Assembly (NCBI GenBank): GCA_947626445.1
Contig: CANQSC010000001.1
Span: 1 to 54,080, forward strand
DNA: 54,080 nucleotides
Source: an uncultured Bacilli bacterium
GTDB lineage: Bacteria > Bacillota_I > Bacilli_A > RF39 > UBA660
Direction: 5' to 3'
Below the pieces are notes generated by a model. The model was given only the letters and a program-made list of their open reading frames with translations. It was not told where the DNA came from and did not search any database. The position numbers and the translations under genes are program-made. Positions 1 to 10,600 of this stretch are shown piece after piece. Positions within the stretch are counted from its first letter, which is position 1; every line of letters begins with the position of its first letter.

Positions 1-107
1 TTATCTTTAATATAGGTATATTATACCATGAGTTCTTTCTTTTTTTATGTTTTCCGATAAATTTAAACTCCGTCCATTAATTTAATTGCTTGTATCATCT
101 TTTGTTT

Positions 108-2060
108 TTAATTATACTTTTGTTGAAATGCTTTAATATATCTTTTTCTCATAACAGGTAACACTTGAGACGCAATTTCTATAGATGCATCGTTCATGCT
201 CATTTTTGTTGTATCTAAGGAAACCAATGAATCGACACTTTCAATAAATAAATCTTTTAATGCCTGTAAACTTTCATTGTATTCATTTAAATTTGCTTCA
301 TTTAGAAATCTTCTATTTTCTAAAGCCAAACTAGAATTGTAATCTCTTCTTAAGGAGGTTAAAGAATCAGCATAAGTAACTACCAAAAAATCAATTAATT
401 GTTTTGAAAGTTTTGAGTATTTTTCTCTTGCATTTAAATACAAATCTTCTGGCATATCTCCTCTAACTAAGCGCCTATAATTCCATGTTTGTCTATCATT
501 TAAAGATCTATCAATTAAAATTAAGTCTTTTTTTGTTAAAACAGCATTTTGTAATTGTTTATATATTTCTTCAAATATCGCTAAGTCTCTATCTGAATAA
601 CTCATACTATCAAATTTACTTCTTAGTTCTTCTTTATAATATTTAGAAGTTGTAAACTCTTCTATTAAAGAAACTTCAAATCCGCCTTTTTTAAAGAAAT
701 CATATAAATTATTTATTATTGTGGTTTTTCCTGTTCTAGGTGTACCTGTAAATTCTATAACAAAAGGTTTAGGGAGTGTTACTAATGATTTTAGTCTTTG
801 CAATTCAATCTTCCCGGCATGTAATTTTCTTAATTTTGCATAATAATCTTGATTATCTACAAAGATTGTATCTCTTAAAAATAAATTTTCTTTTTTATAA
901 AATACTTTATCTAAAATATCTTTTAATTTTAAGAATATAGGCAAATCTTTATCTTCTCCCAATATTAAACTTTCATAGATACTTGTATAATACCATCTTT
1001 GAGAATCTTCTCCTCTTTTAAAAGCACTGAAGTCTCTATTACCACTTTTTTCAAATTTTAAAAATAAATCTTCTAAATTGTTAATTTTATCAGCACATAT
1101 AACTAATTTATTTCTAAGAGGAAGTTTTTTTGTTTCTTCAATTGTATGTCTTTTTCTATCTTCCCAAGATAATGATTTATCAGGTTCAGAAGCACCCATT
1201 ACTAAGTTAGCAATATCCTTACCAAATTCTTTTTCAATATCCTCAATAGTATATTTTGTATCTTCTACAACATCATGTAAATAACCCGCTGCTACAACCT
1301 CATCATCATATCCAAATGATTCCAAAAGTTGCCCAACTCCAATTGGATGTATTATCATTGGTTTATCAGGTTCACTTTTTCTAACTTGTCCCATATGAGC
1401 TTGTATCGCAAACATTTTTGCTTTTTCTTTAATATCCATAATTCTATTTACCTCCATATATTTTACTGCAAACCCATACTTATTCTTTATCACAGTTTCT
1501 ACATTCTTTTTAAAATCTTCAAATTCTTTATCATAGCAATATGTTTTGGCATATCCATCATTACCAAATTTCTTTGATATATGTTCATATGCTCTATTAA
1601 TCATATCATCTAAGTCCAAATCAGGATAATGTTTAATAGTATAAGCATGTGTCCTTTCTAATGCCGAAACTAAATTCGTATTTCTATCAGCAGATGAAAT
1701 AATTTTTCCATAATTACTTCTTGGTTCATTTTCTAAGCTTGCTCGATGATCTTCTATTGCTTCCTTAATTATTTTTCTTTGTTCATCTGTAAAAAACTCT
1801 TTCATTTTTTCATCTTCATAAAATAATTTTGCAGATAATATTTCATGATTATTTCTATCAATATGATGAGCTATATCATGAAAAGAGGCAATTACATAAA
1901 CCATATCCAAATTAATATTATCAAATTGATTTGCAAATTCGAAACTTCTTTTTATAACATATTTTATATGTTCAATTCCATGTCCAGAGTCGTTTTTTTC
2001 ATAAAGCGGTAATATATTATTTTCTATATATGTTCTTAGTTTTACATCTATATTTTCCAT
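108..2060 (-). CDS. Three-domain fusion protein: HD phosphohydrolase (YpgQ/YedJ-like) + RelA/SpoT-type HD hydrolase (small-alarmone-hydrolase-like) + P-loop nucleoside/nucleotide-kinase-like domain
   Basis: ORF track 108..2096; start trimmed to ATG 2060 (GGGGGT SD-like just upstream). Motifs GHGIEH..SFHDIAHH (HD 1), IIHPIGV..GYLHDVVEDT (RelA/SpoT-type HD), GTPRTGKTT Walker A + LILIDRS + RRDY..ENRR lid-like (dNK/dNMP-kinase-like). Confidence 0.6.
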   Translation of the reverse strand: MENIDVKLRTYIENNILPLYEKNDSGHGIEHIKYVIKRSFEFANQFDNINLDMVYVIASFHDIAHHIDRNNHEILSAKLFYEDEKMKEFFTDEQRKIIKEAIEDHRASLENEPRSNYGKIISSADRNTNLVSALERTHAYTIKHYPDLDLDDMINRAYEHISKKFGNDGYAKTYCYDKEFEDFKKNVETVIKNKYGFAVKYMEVNRIMDIKEKAKMFAIQAHMGQVRKSEPDKPMIIHPIGVGQLLESFGYDDEVVAAGYLHDVVEDTKYTIEDIEKEFGKDIANLVMGASEPDKSLSWEDRKRHTIEETKKLPLRNKLVICADKINNLEDLFLKFEKSGNRDFSAFKRGEDSQRWYYTSIYESLILGEDKDLPIFLKLKDILDKVFYKKENLFLRDTIFVDNQDYYAKLRKLHAGKIELQRLKSLVTLPKPFVIEFTGTPRTGKTTIINNLYDFFKKGGFEVSLIEEFTTSKYYKEELRSKFDSMSYSDRDLAIFEEIYKQLQNAVLTKKDLILIDRSLNDRQTWNYRRLVRGDMPEDLYLNAREKYSKLSKQLIDFLVVTYADSLTSLRRDYNSSLALENRRFLNEANLNEYNESLQALKDLFIESVDSLVSLDTTKMSMNDASIEIASQVLPVMRKRYIKAFQQKYN

Positions 2061-2079
2061 TATATACCCCCATAAATTC

Positions 2080-2883
2080 CTATTGATATATAGCAATAGG
2101 AATAACTATGAATGCTGGCCCATTTACTTTATCTTTTATTTCCGCTGGATTTGACATATCTTTCTTATTCATTTTTCTTCTTTGTTCTCTATTTGATGCC
2201 ATTGATTTAATATCTTCAAAAATTTCATCTAAACAAATACTTCTTCCTTTTTCAATTTTCCTTTGAATTTTACACAACATATATACTTGCGAGACAAAAT
2301 TATCTTGTGAAGTTTTTAAATAATTTTTATCTATATTTCCTATTAAAGGGTATTTTTTATCTTCAAAATTAAAAACACATGACAAGGAATTACTATTTCT
2401 TGAATTCGATAATTGTTCAAATCCATTTAAAGCTTCTTTGCTTTTTTCATCCACGGTATTCCCTAAAAATGGTTCGAATACATCAATTAATTGTTTAAAA
2501 TTATTAGCGGCTTTTGTAACTTCTTCTAGTTTTGAAAAACGTGGTGTAACTAAGACTTCAATAAAATCATCTCTATAAATATCGTTCCAAATTTCCTCAT
2601 TAATATTTTCATAATATCTTAATTCATCTTGATTTTGTAAATATTTAATAATTTTATCTAACTTACTTGCATCAGTTATTTTTGCATTTAAAGCTATTTT
2701 TTCTTCTTTTTGATTTCCTAAATTACCTTCAGCATTAATTGCTTTGACTCCAACGCCGACTTTTCCGCCTTTATTTGTTGTGGAACTTTGGGTTATTTCT
2801 TGTTCATCATACAAATATCCATCTATTATAGAAATATAATTATCTAATGCTTCTGTATCTGCATATAAAATTTTTCTAAGCAT
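2080..2883 (-). CDS. Hypothetical protein (267 aa), upstream partner of the HD-HD-kinase gene
   Basis: ORF track 2080..2922; ATG 2883 preceded by GAGGTGG SD. Stop lies 19 nt before the next gene start on the same strand. No catalytic motif recognised; Gly-rich KGGKVGVGVK segment. Confidence 0.6.
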   Translation of the reverse strand: MLRKILYADTEALDNYISIIDGYLYDEQEITQSSTTNKGGKVGVGVKAINAEGNLGNQKEEKIALNAKITDASKLDKIIKYLQNQDELRYYENINEEIWNDIYRDDFIEVLVTPRFSKLEEVTKAANNFKQLIDVFEPFLGNTVDEKSKEALNGFEQLSNSRNSNSLSCVFNFEDKKYPLIGNIDKNYLKTSQDNFVSQVYMLCKIQRKIEKGRSICLDEIFEDIKSMASNREQRRKMNKKDMSNPAEIKDKVNGPAFIVIPIAIYQ

Positions 2884-3080
2884 TTTACCACCTCTATGTA
2901 ATATTTTATCATAAAATCTCATATTTTAAGAGACATTTGAGATGAATTGTGTTAGAATTTTATTAAAGATTGATATTTTATATATCAAATCGTTATGAGT
3001 GAAAGTTGTAAATATCTTCCACAATCGCTCCATTGGGAAATCTGTCTAAACTTTTATAAGTTTAGCCTTGAAATATATAA

Positions 3081-3111
3081 GTATCAATTTCTAAAGAAGT
3101 TGATACTTTTT
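3081..3111 (+). terminator. Rho-independent-terminator-like hairpin (GTATCAA-loop-TTGATAC + TTTTT) 30 nt upstream of a small ORF
   Basis: 7-bp stem at 3081-3087/3100-3106 followed by T5 at 3107-3111. No plus-strand gene lies upstream. Confidence 0.35.
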
Positions 3112-3140
3112 AGTGTAATTTAAAGAAAGGATAGATTAAA

Positions 3141-3440
3141 ATGCTAAAAATAAAGGAAAAATTAGAGTTTGATGAAGAATTAAAGAAAAAAATTGAGTAT
3201 ATATGTAATACAACTCCAACCATTATTAATAGTAATATACAAAATATAGATAAAACAAATATAACTTACATAGAGAATTATAGAATTATTATTAAAAAAA
3301 CTACTTTTTTAGCATTCAATTACTCTAATACTTTATTAGATAATTTATCTAATAAGATAGAATTGAAAGATTTAGAAAACTTTATAAAACAATTAAATTA
3401 TGTAAAAATACTAACTTCAAATAGTAGTTTATTAGACTAA
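3141..3440 (+). CDS. Hypothetical small protein (99 aa)
   Basis: ORF track only; weak SD (AAAGGA); no motif. Coding status uncertain. Confidence 0.3.
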   Translation: MLKIKEKLEFDEELKKKIEYICNTTPTIINSNIQNIDKTNITYIENYRIIIKKTTFLAFNYSNTLLDNLSNKIELKDLENFIKQLNYVKILTSNSSLLD

Positions 3441-3658
3441 AATAAAATTTTAGTTAAAAAGATTGAGTAGAAATATATGTCACCATATATAGCTGGACGT
3501 GCGCCGTTAACGCATCCAACTCTTCATATTATAGTATTTTACTTGTCAATTTTATTTTCTTTATCTTTTAATATTATTTTTATCTGTATTAACCTTTGAT
3601 AATAATTTTTCTAAATCATCAGTCCAATCATGAATCATGTTGTTCTTCATTTTTCTTA

Positions 3659-3687
3659 GAAAAAATTGTAAGTTTTTTGCTTACAAT
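3659..3687 (-). terminator. Rho-independent terminator of the 3688..4197 gene
   Basis: 8-bp stem ATTGTAAG/CTTACAAT (3665-3672/3680-3687) directly after the stop, followed on the minus strand by a T6 run. Confidence 0.55.
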
Positions 3688-4197
3688 TTATTTAATTACA
3701 TTATCTACTTTTAACTCTTTAGCAATATTATCTATACCTTCTATATATTTATTAATTTTTTTATCTTTAATTAACAATAACGTCCCATCTAACATTTTTA
3801 AATCTTTTATTTTAGTAGCTTTAGGATTACTATTTTCACTAACATAATAAGGTTTATTAAATGCTGTACTTAAATCTAAATAATATATTTTAATTCCTTT
3901 AGTACTAAAATTACTATAATAATCTCCATAATTTTTATAATTAGCTGCATTATTATTAAAATCATATGCTAAGACATAATAAGAACTATCTTTCTTACTA
4001 AATAAAGTTCCAACACTTATAGCTTCATTATTTACTTCACCATTAGTATATTCATATTCTTTAATATCAGGTTTAATTAGTACTTTACTACATAAATATA
4101 CTCCTAATATTATTAATATTAATATTATTAATACAATAAAAAATTTTTGCATTTCTTTTTGTTCTTCAGTTTGATAATTATATTTTCCTTTTTGCAT
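3688..4197 (-). CDS. Membrane-anchored hypothetical protein (single N-terminal TM helix)
   Basis: ORF track 3688..4242; start trimmed to ATG 4197 (GGTGA SD). Hydrophobic FFIVLIILILIILGVYL segment followed by a soluble domain. Confidence 0.6.
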   Translation of the reverse strand: MQKGKYNYQTEEQKEMQKFFIVLIILILIILGVYLCSKVLIKPDIKEYEYTNGEVNNEAISVGTLFSKKDSSYYVLAYDFNNNAANYKNYGDYYSNFSTKGIKIYYLDLSTAFNKPYYVSENSNPKATKIKDLKMLDGTLLLIKDKKINKYIEGIDNIAKELKVDNVIK

Positions 4198-4243
4198 TAA
4201 AATCACCAACTTCATTATACAAAAAACAAGTAGGAAATGCAAC

Positions 4244-4834
4244 TTACCTACTTTGTTTTTTAATAACTTTTTCTAATATTTCACAACGTTCTTTTGAAGA
4301 TTTAATATTATCTAATTCTTTTTCAATTATTTCTTCTATTGTATATTTTAATCGATAATTAACAGATACTGGATATCCAAATATTTTTTTAGCTTCACTA
4401 GAAGTTATAACAGGTATTGTAATATTATTATTAACACTATAAATAAAAAGGGGATTTAAAGTATTAGGATTAACAACAACACCTAAAGTATCAATTACAC
4501 TATTTTCACATAAAACTTCATTTACAATACATACATAAGAATCTCTTTTTTGATTATTTTTTACTTCATAAATATCTATTACTGAATCTAATTCTAACTT
4601 TTGACTATTTGAAACATTATAGATAGTATCTTTATCTGGATTTAACAACACCCAGATTTTATTATTATAGCAAGGCTTTGCCCAAATATTATTTTTAGTA
4701 TAAACAATATCAAAATTGCCATTATCATTTCTTTTATAATGAAGAAATACTCTTGGACTATTAATTACGGCATTATCATTATCTATACTTATTTCATCGC
4801 GATTTCTATCAACTAATTCAACATCAATTATCAT
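4244..4834 (-). CDS. Hypothetical protein (196 aa)
   Basis: ORF track; ATG 4834 with AGAGGA SD; same strand as and directly upstream of 3688..4197. Confidence 0.6.
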   Translation of the reverse strand: MIIDVELVDRNRDEISIDNDNAVINSPRVFLHYKRNDNGNFDIVYTKNNIWAKPCYNNKIWVLLNPDKDTIYNVSNSQKLELDSVIDIYEVKNNQKRDSYVCIVNEVLCENSVIDTLGVVVNPNTLNPLFIYSVNNNITIPVITSSEAKKIFGYPVSVNYRLKYTIEEIIEKELDNIKSSKERCEILEKVIKKQSR

Positions 4835-4988
4835 AACTTTTCCTCTTTTCTTGTACTATTATATCATAATAAATAAAATGGAAAAGATTATTTCCAAGCA
4901 AAATGCCTTATTCAATAATATCAATTTATTTTCAAAAGTTTTTTCATTCTCAATCCAAGCTAATTTGAAAGATGTGCCAAATTACCAA

Positions 4989-6794
4989 TTATCTTTTTTT
5001 TATAGTTTCTTCAAATCCTTCCGTTGATAAAGATCCAAATTTATTTGCATAATAACGATCAATATTAATATAAATCTGTTTAACTTTTTCAACTTGTTGA
5101 AAATACTCTATAACCATAGCATCTTCTGGATATTTATCAATTTTAAAAACAACATCATTTCTTGAAAGATAATCAACTTTATTTACGGCATCAACTAATT
5201 CTTCAAAATTATCTTCTCCAATATAAGTTATAAGTTCCTCTGGCTCTGAATTTATTTTAGCTTTTATAACTTGCTTTCTAAATTTTTGCAGTAGTGGTTG
5301 TAATAAGTTTTTAGTAATTAAACTAGTATTACAATTAATAGTATCTAATGATGTAAATTCTTTTGGTTCAAGTAAGTATATTCCCTGATCTTGAAGAATT
5401 TTAATTGCTTCTATTGTAAATATATCATTTAATGTTTCATTAAATTTTTCATATTTACGAAAAGCACTATCATAGGGATTTCTCTTACAATTTTTACCTA
5501 AATTATCAAAAGTTTCAAAGCCTGTGCCTTTTGGACTTTGGTCTATAATATGACCGCTTTCATGCATAAATAAATAAGTCGAGAATCCTCTAATTGTATA
5601 AAACATTATTGATCTAAATTCATTATTTTTATCAATACCACCATGTCCCAAAATACAAACATTTTTATTTTTCATTTGATAGTAAACAGTTTCACTATTA
5701 ATAGGATTATTAGCAAGCATTTTCATAGCATCAGTAAAATCTTTTCTGGTTGTATAATATTCCTTAAGTGCTTCTTCATACTTTTTTTCTCTAGTTGCTG
5801 AGATAAAACTAATTAACTCATCTGATGGTAAGTATTTTTTTATATTATCTTGCTTTAAAAATGATAAAAAATTAATAATTTCTTCTTCAGATTCCCATTT
5901 TAACATATTTTCATTTGAAATAGTAATATCTAACTTTTTTAAATAAGATAACTGCCAAGCCACTATTAAAAACTTGTTATCAAGATCAACTTCAAAAGAT
6001 TTAAGTTTTTTTATTTGCTTATAATGAAAATACTCAATAGGTGGTTTAAATGAAATGTCCATATTCCCTAAAACAGCTTTTATTTTTTCTTCAAATGGCT
6101 TTTTAGAAATAGAATCTTTTACAAAAGATGGTAGTTGATTAAAAATTTCTATAAATAATTCTTTTTTCTTTTTTTGCAAAATATTTTCTTTTCTTTTTGC
6201 CTCATTTTCAACATATTTTTCATATGGTATTAACTGACTTGCCCAATTATTATACTCAACTAATAATTTTTCATATACTTTATTAAAATCGTTAATTTTA
6301 TTTAATAATTTTGAAAATTCTTTTGTTTTAGTAAAAAATTCAAAATTTTTTTCGGTTATATGTTCAGTTTGATTGCCAAGAAGATAGTTAACTATTTTTA
6401 GCTTATTTGCTAATAATTTTTCAGGAAAAGTTTTATCTTTGGTGGCAAAAGCTCGAATTGGCGTCCAACAATCGACATCACTAGAAAAGTCAGAATGTAC
6501 ATCAATAAGACATTCTAAAATTTTTTGAATATCATCATCTAAAGGTTCGGTATAATTACTTTTTTTATATCTTTGAACATCTATTCCTATATCTTCTAAA
6601 AAACGAATAGAAAATTCCCGAGTTTTACATCTTTTTAAATATAATATATAATCGTTTAAACCTTCAATATCATAATATAAAATTATAACAGCATTATTAA
6701 TCTTTTGTGAAATAATAGAACGATATTCATTACCATATACTAAAGAAAAAGCATCAATAACATATGGCAACAAACTCTTAAAGTCAATATCCAT
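4989..6794 (-). CDS. HExxH-motif protein, putative zinc metallopeptidase (601 aa)
   Basis: ORF track 4989..6806; ATG 6794 with GAGGTG SD. Motif LFMHESGHIID (HExxH) in the C-terminal third; rest unrecognised. Confidence 0.5.
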   Translation of the reverse strand: MDIDFKSLLPYVIDAFSLVYGNEYRSIISQKINNAVIILYYDIEGLNDYILYLKRCKTREFSIRFLEDIGIDVQRYKKSNYTEPLDDDIQKILECLIDVHSDFSSDVDCWTPIRAFATKDKTFPEKLLANKLKIVNYLLGNQTEHITEKNFEFFTKTKEFSKLLNKINDFNKVYEKLLVEYNNWASQLIPYEKYVENEAKRKENILQKKKKELFIEIFNQLPSFVKDSISKKPFEEKIKAVLGNMDISFKPPIEYFHYKQIKKLKSFEVDLDNKFLIVAWQLSYLKKLDITISNENMLKWESEEEIINFLSFLKQDNIKKYLPSDELISFISATREKKYEEALKEYYTTRKDFTDAMKMLANNPINSETVYYQMKNKNVCILGHGGIDKNNEFRSIMFYTIRGFSTYLFMHESGHIIDQSPKGTGFETFDNLGKNCKRNPYDSAFRKYEKFNETLNDIFTIEAIKILQDQGIYLLEPKEFTSLDTINCNTSLITKNLLQPLLQKFRKQVIKAKINSEPEELITYIGEDNFEELVDAVNKVDYLSRNDVVFKIDKYPEDAMVIEYFQQVEKVKQIYINIDRYYANKFGSLSTEGFEETIKKR

Positions 6795-7158
6795 TTTGCA
6801 CCTCATTAATTAATTTTTGATTAAGTCTTTCTAATGCTTCAAAATTTGAGGGATAACTTGATTTACCATAATATTTCTTTTTATTCCCATTAATGTATAT
6901 AATAGATAATTTCCAATTATTACCATCAATTATTTTGGCGTCAATATATTCTTTTTGCCAACTATCTATTATCTTATAAAGAGAATTTAAATACTTAAAA
7001 ATCAATTGATTCTCTATTGGTTTAAAAATATCCTTATATTGAATTTTACTTTCATTAATAGTAATAACTAATCTTTCATTATTATTTTCATAGATTATGC
7101 TTTTTACACCTATCACAATATGCCGAGTAGACAAATCTCGGTCACACCTCTCTTTCAT
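6784..7158 (-). CDS. Hypothetical protein (124 aa), overlaps the start of the HExxH gene by 11 nt
   Basis: ORF track; stop TGA 6784-6786 overlaps the downstream gene start (translational-coupling geometry). No obvious SD at 7158. Confidence 0.45.
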   Translation of the reverse strand: MKERCDRDLSTRHIVIGVKSIIYENNNERLVITINESKIQYKDIFKPIENQLIFKYLNSLYKIIDSWQKEYIDAKIIDGNNWKLSIIYINGNKKKYYGKSSYPSNFEALERLNQKLINEVQNGY

Positions 7159-7414
7159 ATAGTGAGAAATTTGTCACATTACCCTCACAGTCTCTTCGCA
7201 CACGATTCCAAGTCATTGTCAATAAAATACTCTAAGTGCATTTAAAATCAATAATATTAGTATTCATATACGCATGACCTATAAATAATTATACCATGTA
7301 AAACAATTTTACAAACAAAATTTTATTAGGAAAAATTCTAAATAATATAGTATAATTATATTTAGATAATATTACGCAAACAAAGATATCTATATAAAAA
7401 AGGAAGTGAAAAAA

Positions 7415-7672
7415 ATGACTAAAACAATTGGAAAAGTAATTGAAATTTATATTCCAGAGCAATATAAAAATGATGAACTATTAGATGTTATGAATAGATC
7501 TAATATTGGCTTTAAAGTGAAAACTCAAGATGACATAAAAAACTTAGTATTGGAGGCAAATGACCTTAATTCAAAAATAATGAAAAATGATTTAGTTTTA
7601 ATTATAGAACAAGATATATCAAATAAACATTTTATTGATATTGAAATTTATGAAGGTGATGAGATTGAATAA
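7415..7672 (+). CDS. Hypothetical small protein (85 aa) preceding the helicase
   Basis: ORF track 7406..7672; ATG 7415 with AGGAAG SD; 3' end overlaps the helicase start region. Confidence 0.5.
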   Translation: MTKTIGKVIEIYIPEQYKNDELLDVMNRSNIGFKVKTQDDIKNLVLEANDLNSKIMKNDLVLIIEQDISNKHFIDIEIYEGDEIE

Positions 7673-10600
7673 TAATGAATTTCAAACAATTGGTTTATAT
7701 GATCATAATGCTGATAGTTATAAAAAGATATTATCGGCATTTGAAACAGGACAAGATGTAGTTGGAATTGTTCATGCAACAGGTACTGGTAAATCTTATA
7801 ATGCCCTTCAACTTGCTTATGACAATAAAGATAAAAAAATTGTTTATGTAGTGCCTTCTAATGGAATTATTGAGCATCTTAATAAAATAATTGAAGATAA
7901 TCCAAATTTAGATTTAAAAAGAGATTTCCCTAATCTAGAATTTAGAACCTATCATAGTTTAATATCTTTATCAAAAGATGAAATCAAAGATATAAATTGT
8001 GATTTATTAATTCTTGATGAATTTCATCATATAGGAGCCCCTATATGGGGAGCAAGAATTAATACAATGATAGAAACCCATCCTAATATGAAAATATTTG
8101 GAATGACTGCTTATACTGTAAGAGATAGAGGATCTTCTTATGAAAGAGATATGGCTAATCCTGATACTGGTGAATTATTTTCTAAAAAAATTGAAAGTAG
8201 ATATGATTTATGTGATGCAATGATTGATGGAGTTTTACCTAAACCTATTTATAAAACTGCTTATACTAATCTAATTGGAATGGAAAGTAGATTAGAAGAA
8301 AGAGTCAAAAAACTAAATGCTACTTCTAAAGAATATCAAGAATATATGGCAATATTAAATGATGTTAAAAAAAGAATCCATGAAGCTCCAAGTATTCCTA
8401 ATATTTTAAAAAAAAGTATTAAACCAAATGGAAAATATATTTATTTTTGCCCACCTTATGCAGAAGAAGGAACTAATGATATTGAAACTATAAAAAAACA
8501 AGCATTTTTATGGTTTAAACAATTTGTACCAGAAGAAAATATAATATTTTACTCTTCAACTAGTGATATGGGTGAAACTGGCAAGAAAAATCGTGAGGCT
8601 TTTTATCGAGATGTTAATTTAGATGGTGAAGCAGTTGATAATAAACTTAGAGTAATGTTTGCTATAAATCAATATAACGAAGGTATTCATGCTCCTAATA
8701 TTGATGGTGTAATAATGGGAAGAGGAACAACATCAGATATAGTTTATTTTGAACAATTAGGTAGAGCTTTATCAGTTCGCGGAAATACTAAAGAAATGTT
8801 TCTTAAATTAGAAAAACATTCGATAGAAGAATTAAGAGAAGTGTGCAAATTAAGAGATATACCAACTAAAGAAAATCCAATCAAAGAAGAATTAATTGAA
8901 AAATTAATTGCCCCAGTAATAATTGATTTAACAAATAACTATGATTTCATTAAAGAACTTGAAAATAATTTAAAAGACAAGATTAAAGATATCCAAAATA
9001 ATGACATAGGTAATCATAGAAATATAAAAATAAGAGATGCATCTTTTGATATTGAAATAGAAAATCAAGATTTATTTGAAATGTTAAGATATGTTAGTAA
9101 TAGATTAACAAAAACTTGGGAAGATTATTATGAATTTGCTCAAAACTATTATGAGCATTATGGTAATTTATTAATACCAGCAAAATTTAAAACAAATGAT
9201 GGATACACATACGATGAAAATGGAACTATAAATCTTGGTAATTGGATTACGTTTCAAAGAAGAAGTTTTTCTAATTTATCACAAGAAAAACAACAGTTAT
9301 TACAATCAATAGGCTTTGTATTAAATTGTTTTGAAGAACAATGGCATAAAAATTATGAGCTTGCTAAAATCTATTATGAACATTATGGAAATTTAGAAAT
9401 TACTCAAAGATTCAAAACTAATGATGGATACACATACGATGAAAATGGAACAATAAATCTTGGAGCTTGGATTATGATTCAAAGAAGAAGTTTTTCTAAA
9501 TTATCACAAGAAAAACAACAGTTACTACAATCAATAGGCTTTGTATTAAATTCTTTAGAAGAACAATGGCATAAAAATTATGAACTTGCTAAAATCTATT
9601 ATGAACATTATGGAAATTTAGAAATTACTCAAAGATTCAAAACTAATGATGGCTTTACATACGATGAAAAGGGAGATATAAATCTTGGAAATTGGATTAC
9701 AACCCAAAGAAAAAGTTTTTCTAGATTATCACAAGAAAGACAACGGTTACTACAATCAATAGGCTTTATAATAAATCCTCTCGAAGAACAATGGCAAAAA
9801 AATTATGAATTTGCTAAAATTTATTATGAGCATTATGGAAATTTATTAATACCAGCAAAATTTAAAACAAATGATGGATACACATACGATGAAAAGGGAA
9901 CAATAAATCTTGGTAATTGGATTATAAACCTAAGAAGTAATTTCTCTAATTTATCACTAGAAAAACAACACTTATTGCAAAAAATAGGCTTTGTAATAAA
10001 TCCTCTCGAAGAGCAATGGCAAAAAAATTATGAATTTGCTAAAATCTATTATGAGCATTATGGAAATTTATTAATACCAGAAAAATTTAAAACTAATGAT
10101 GGTTATACTTACAATGAAAATGGAACAATAAATCTTGGTAATTGGATTACGATTCAAAGAAAAAGATTTTCTAGATTATCACAAGAAAGACAATACTTAT
10201 TGCAAAAAATAGGTTTTGTATTAAATCAATATGAAGGACAATGGAATAAAAATTATGAACTTGCTAAAATCTATTATGACCATTATGGTAATTTATTAAT
10301 ACCAACAAATTTTAAAACTAATGATGGTTATACTTATGATGAAAAGGGAACAGTAAATCTTGGAAGTTGGATTGTAAATCAAAGGCAAAGTTTTTCTAGT
10401 TTAAAAAAAGAAAGACAACGGTTATTACAATCAATAGGCTTTGTATTAAATTCTTTAGAAGAACAATGGAATAAAAATTATGAATTTGCTAAAATCTATT
10501 ATGAGTATTATGGGAATTTATTAATACCAGTAAAATTTAAAACTAACGATGGTTATACACGCGATGAAAAGGGAACAGTAAATCTTGGAAGTTGGATTAT

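Noticed and set aside
1078-1577. Plus-strand ORFs 1078..1284 and 1329..1577
   Set aside because: They lie entirely antisense within the well-supported HD-HD-kinase gene, have low-complexity hydrophobic translations typical of AT-rich shadow frames, and have no SD.
3473-3523. Locally GC-rich palindromic patch (atatatgtcaccatatat; ggacgtgcgccgttaacgcatcc)
   Set aside because: It has no tRNA-like structure, no repeat elsewhere in the window and no adjacent integrase. It was noted only as a compositional oddity.
3596-3847. Plus-strand ORF 3596..3847
   Set aside because: It overlaps the terminator and the 3' end of the minus-strand gene 3688..4197. It is a shadow ORF with no SD.
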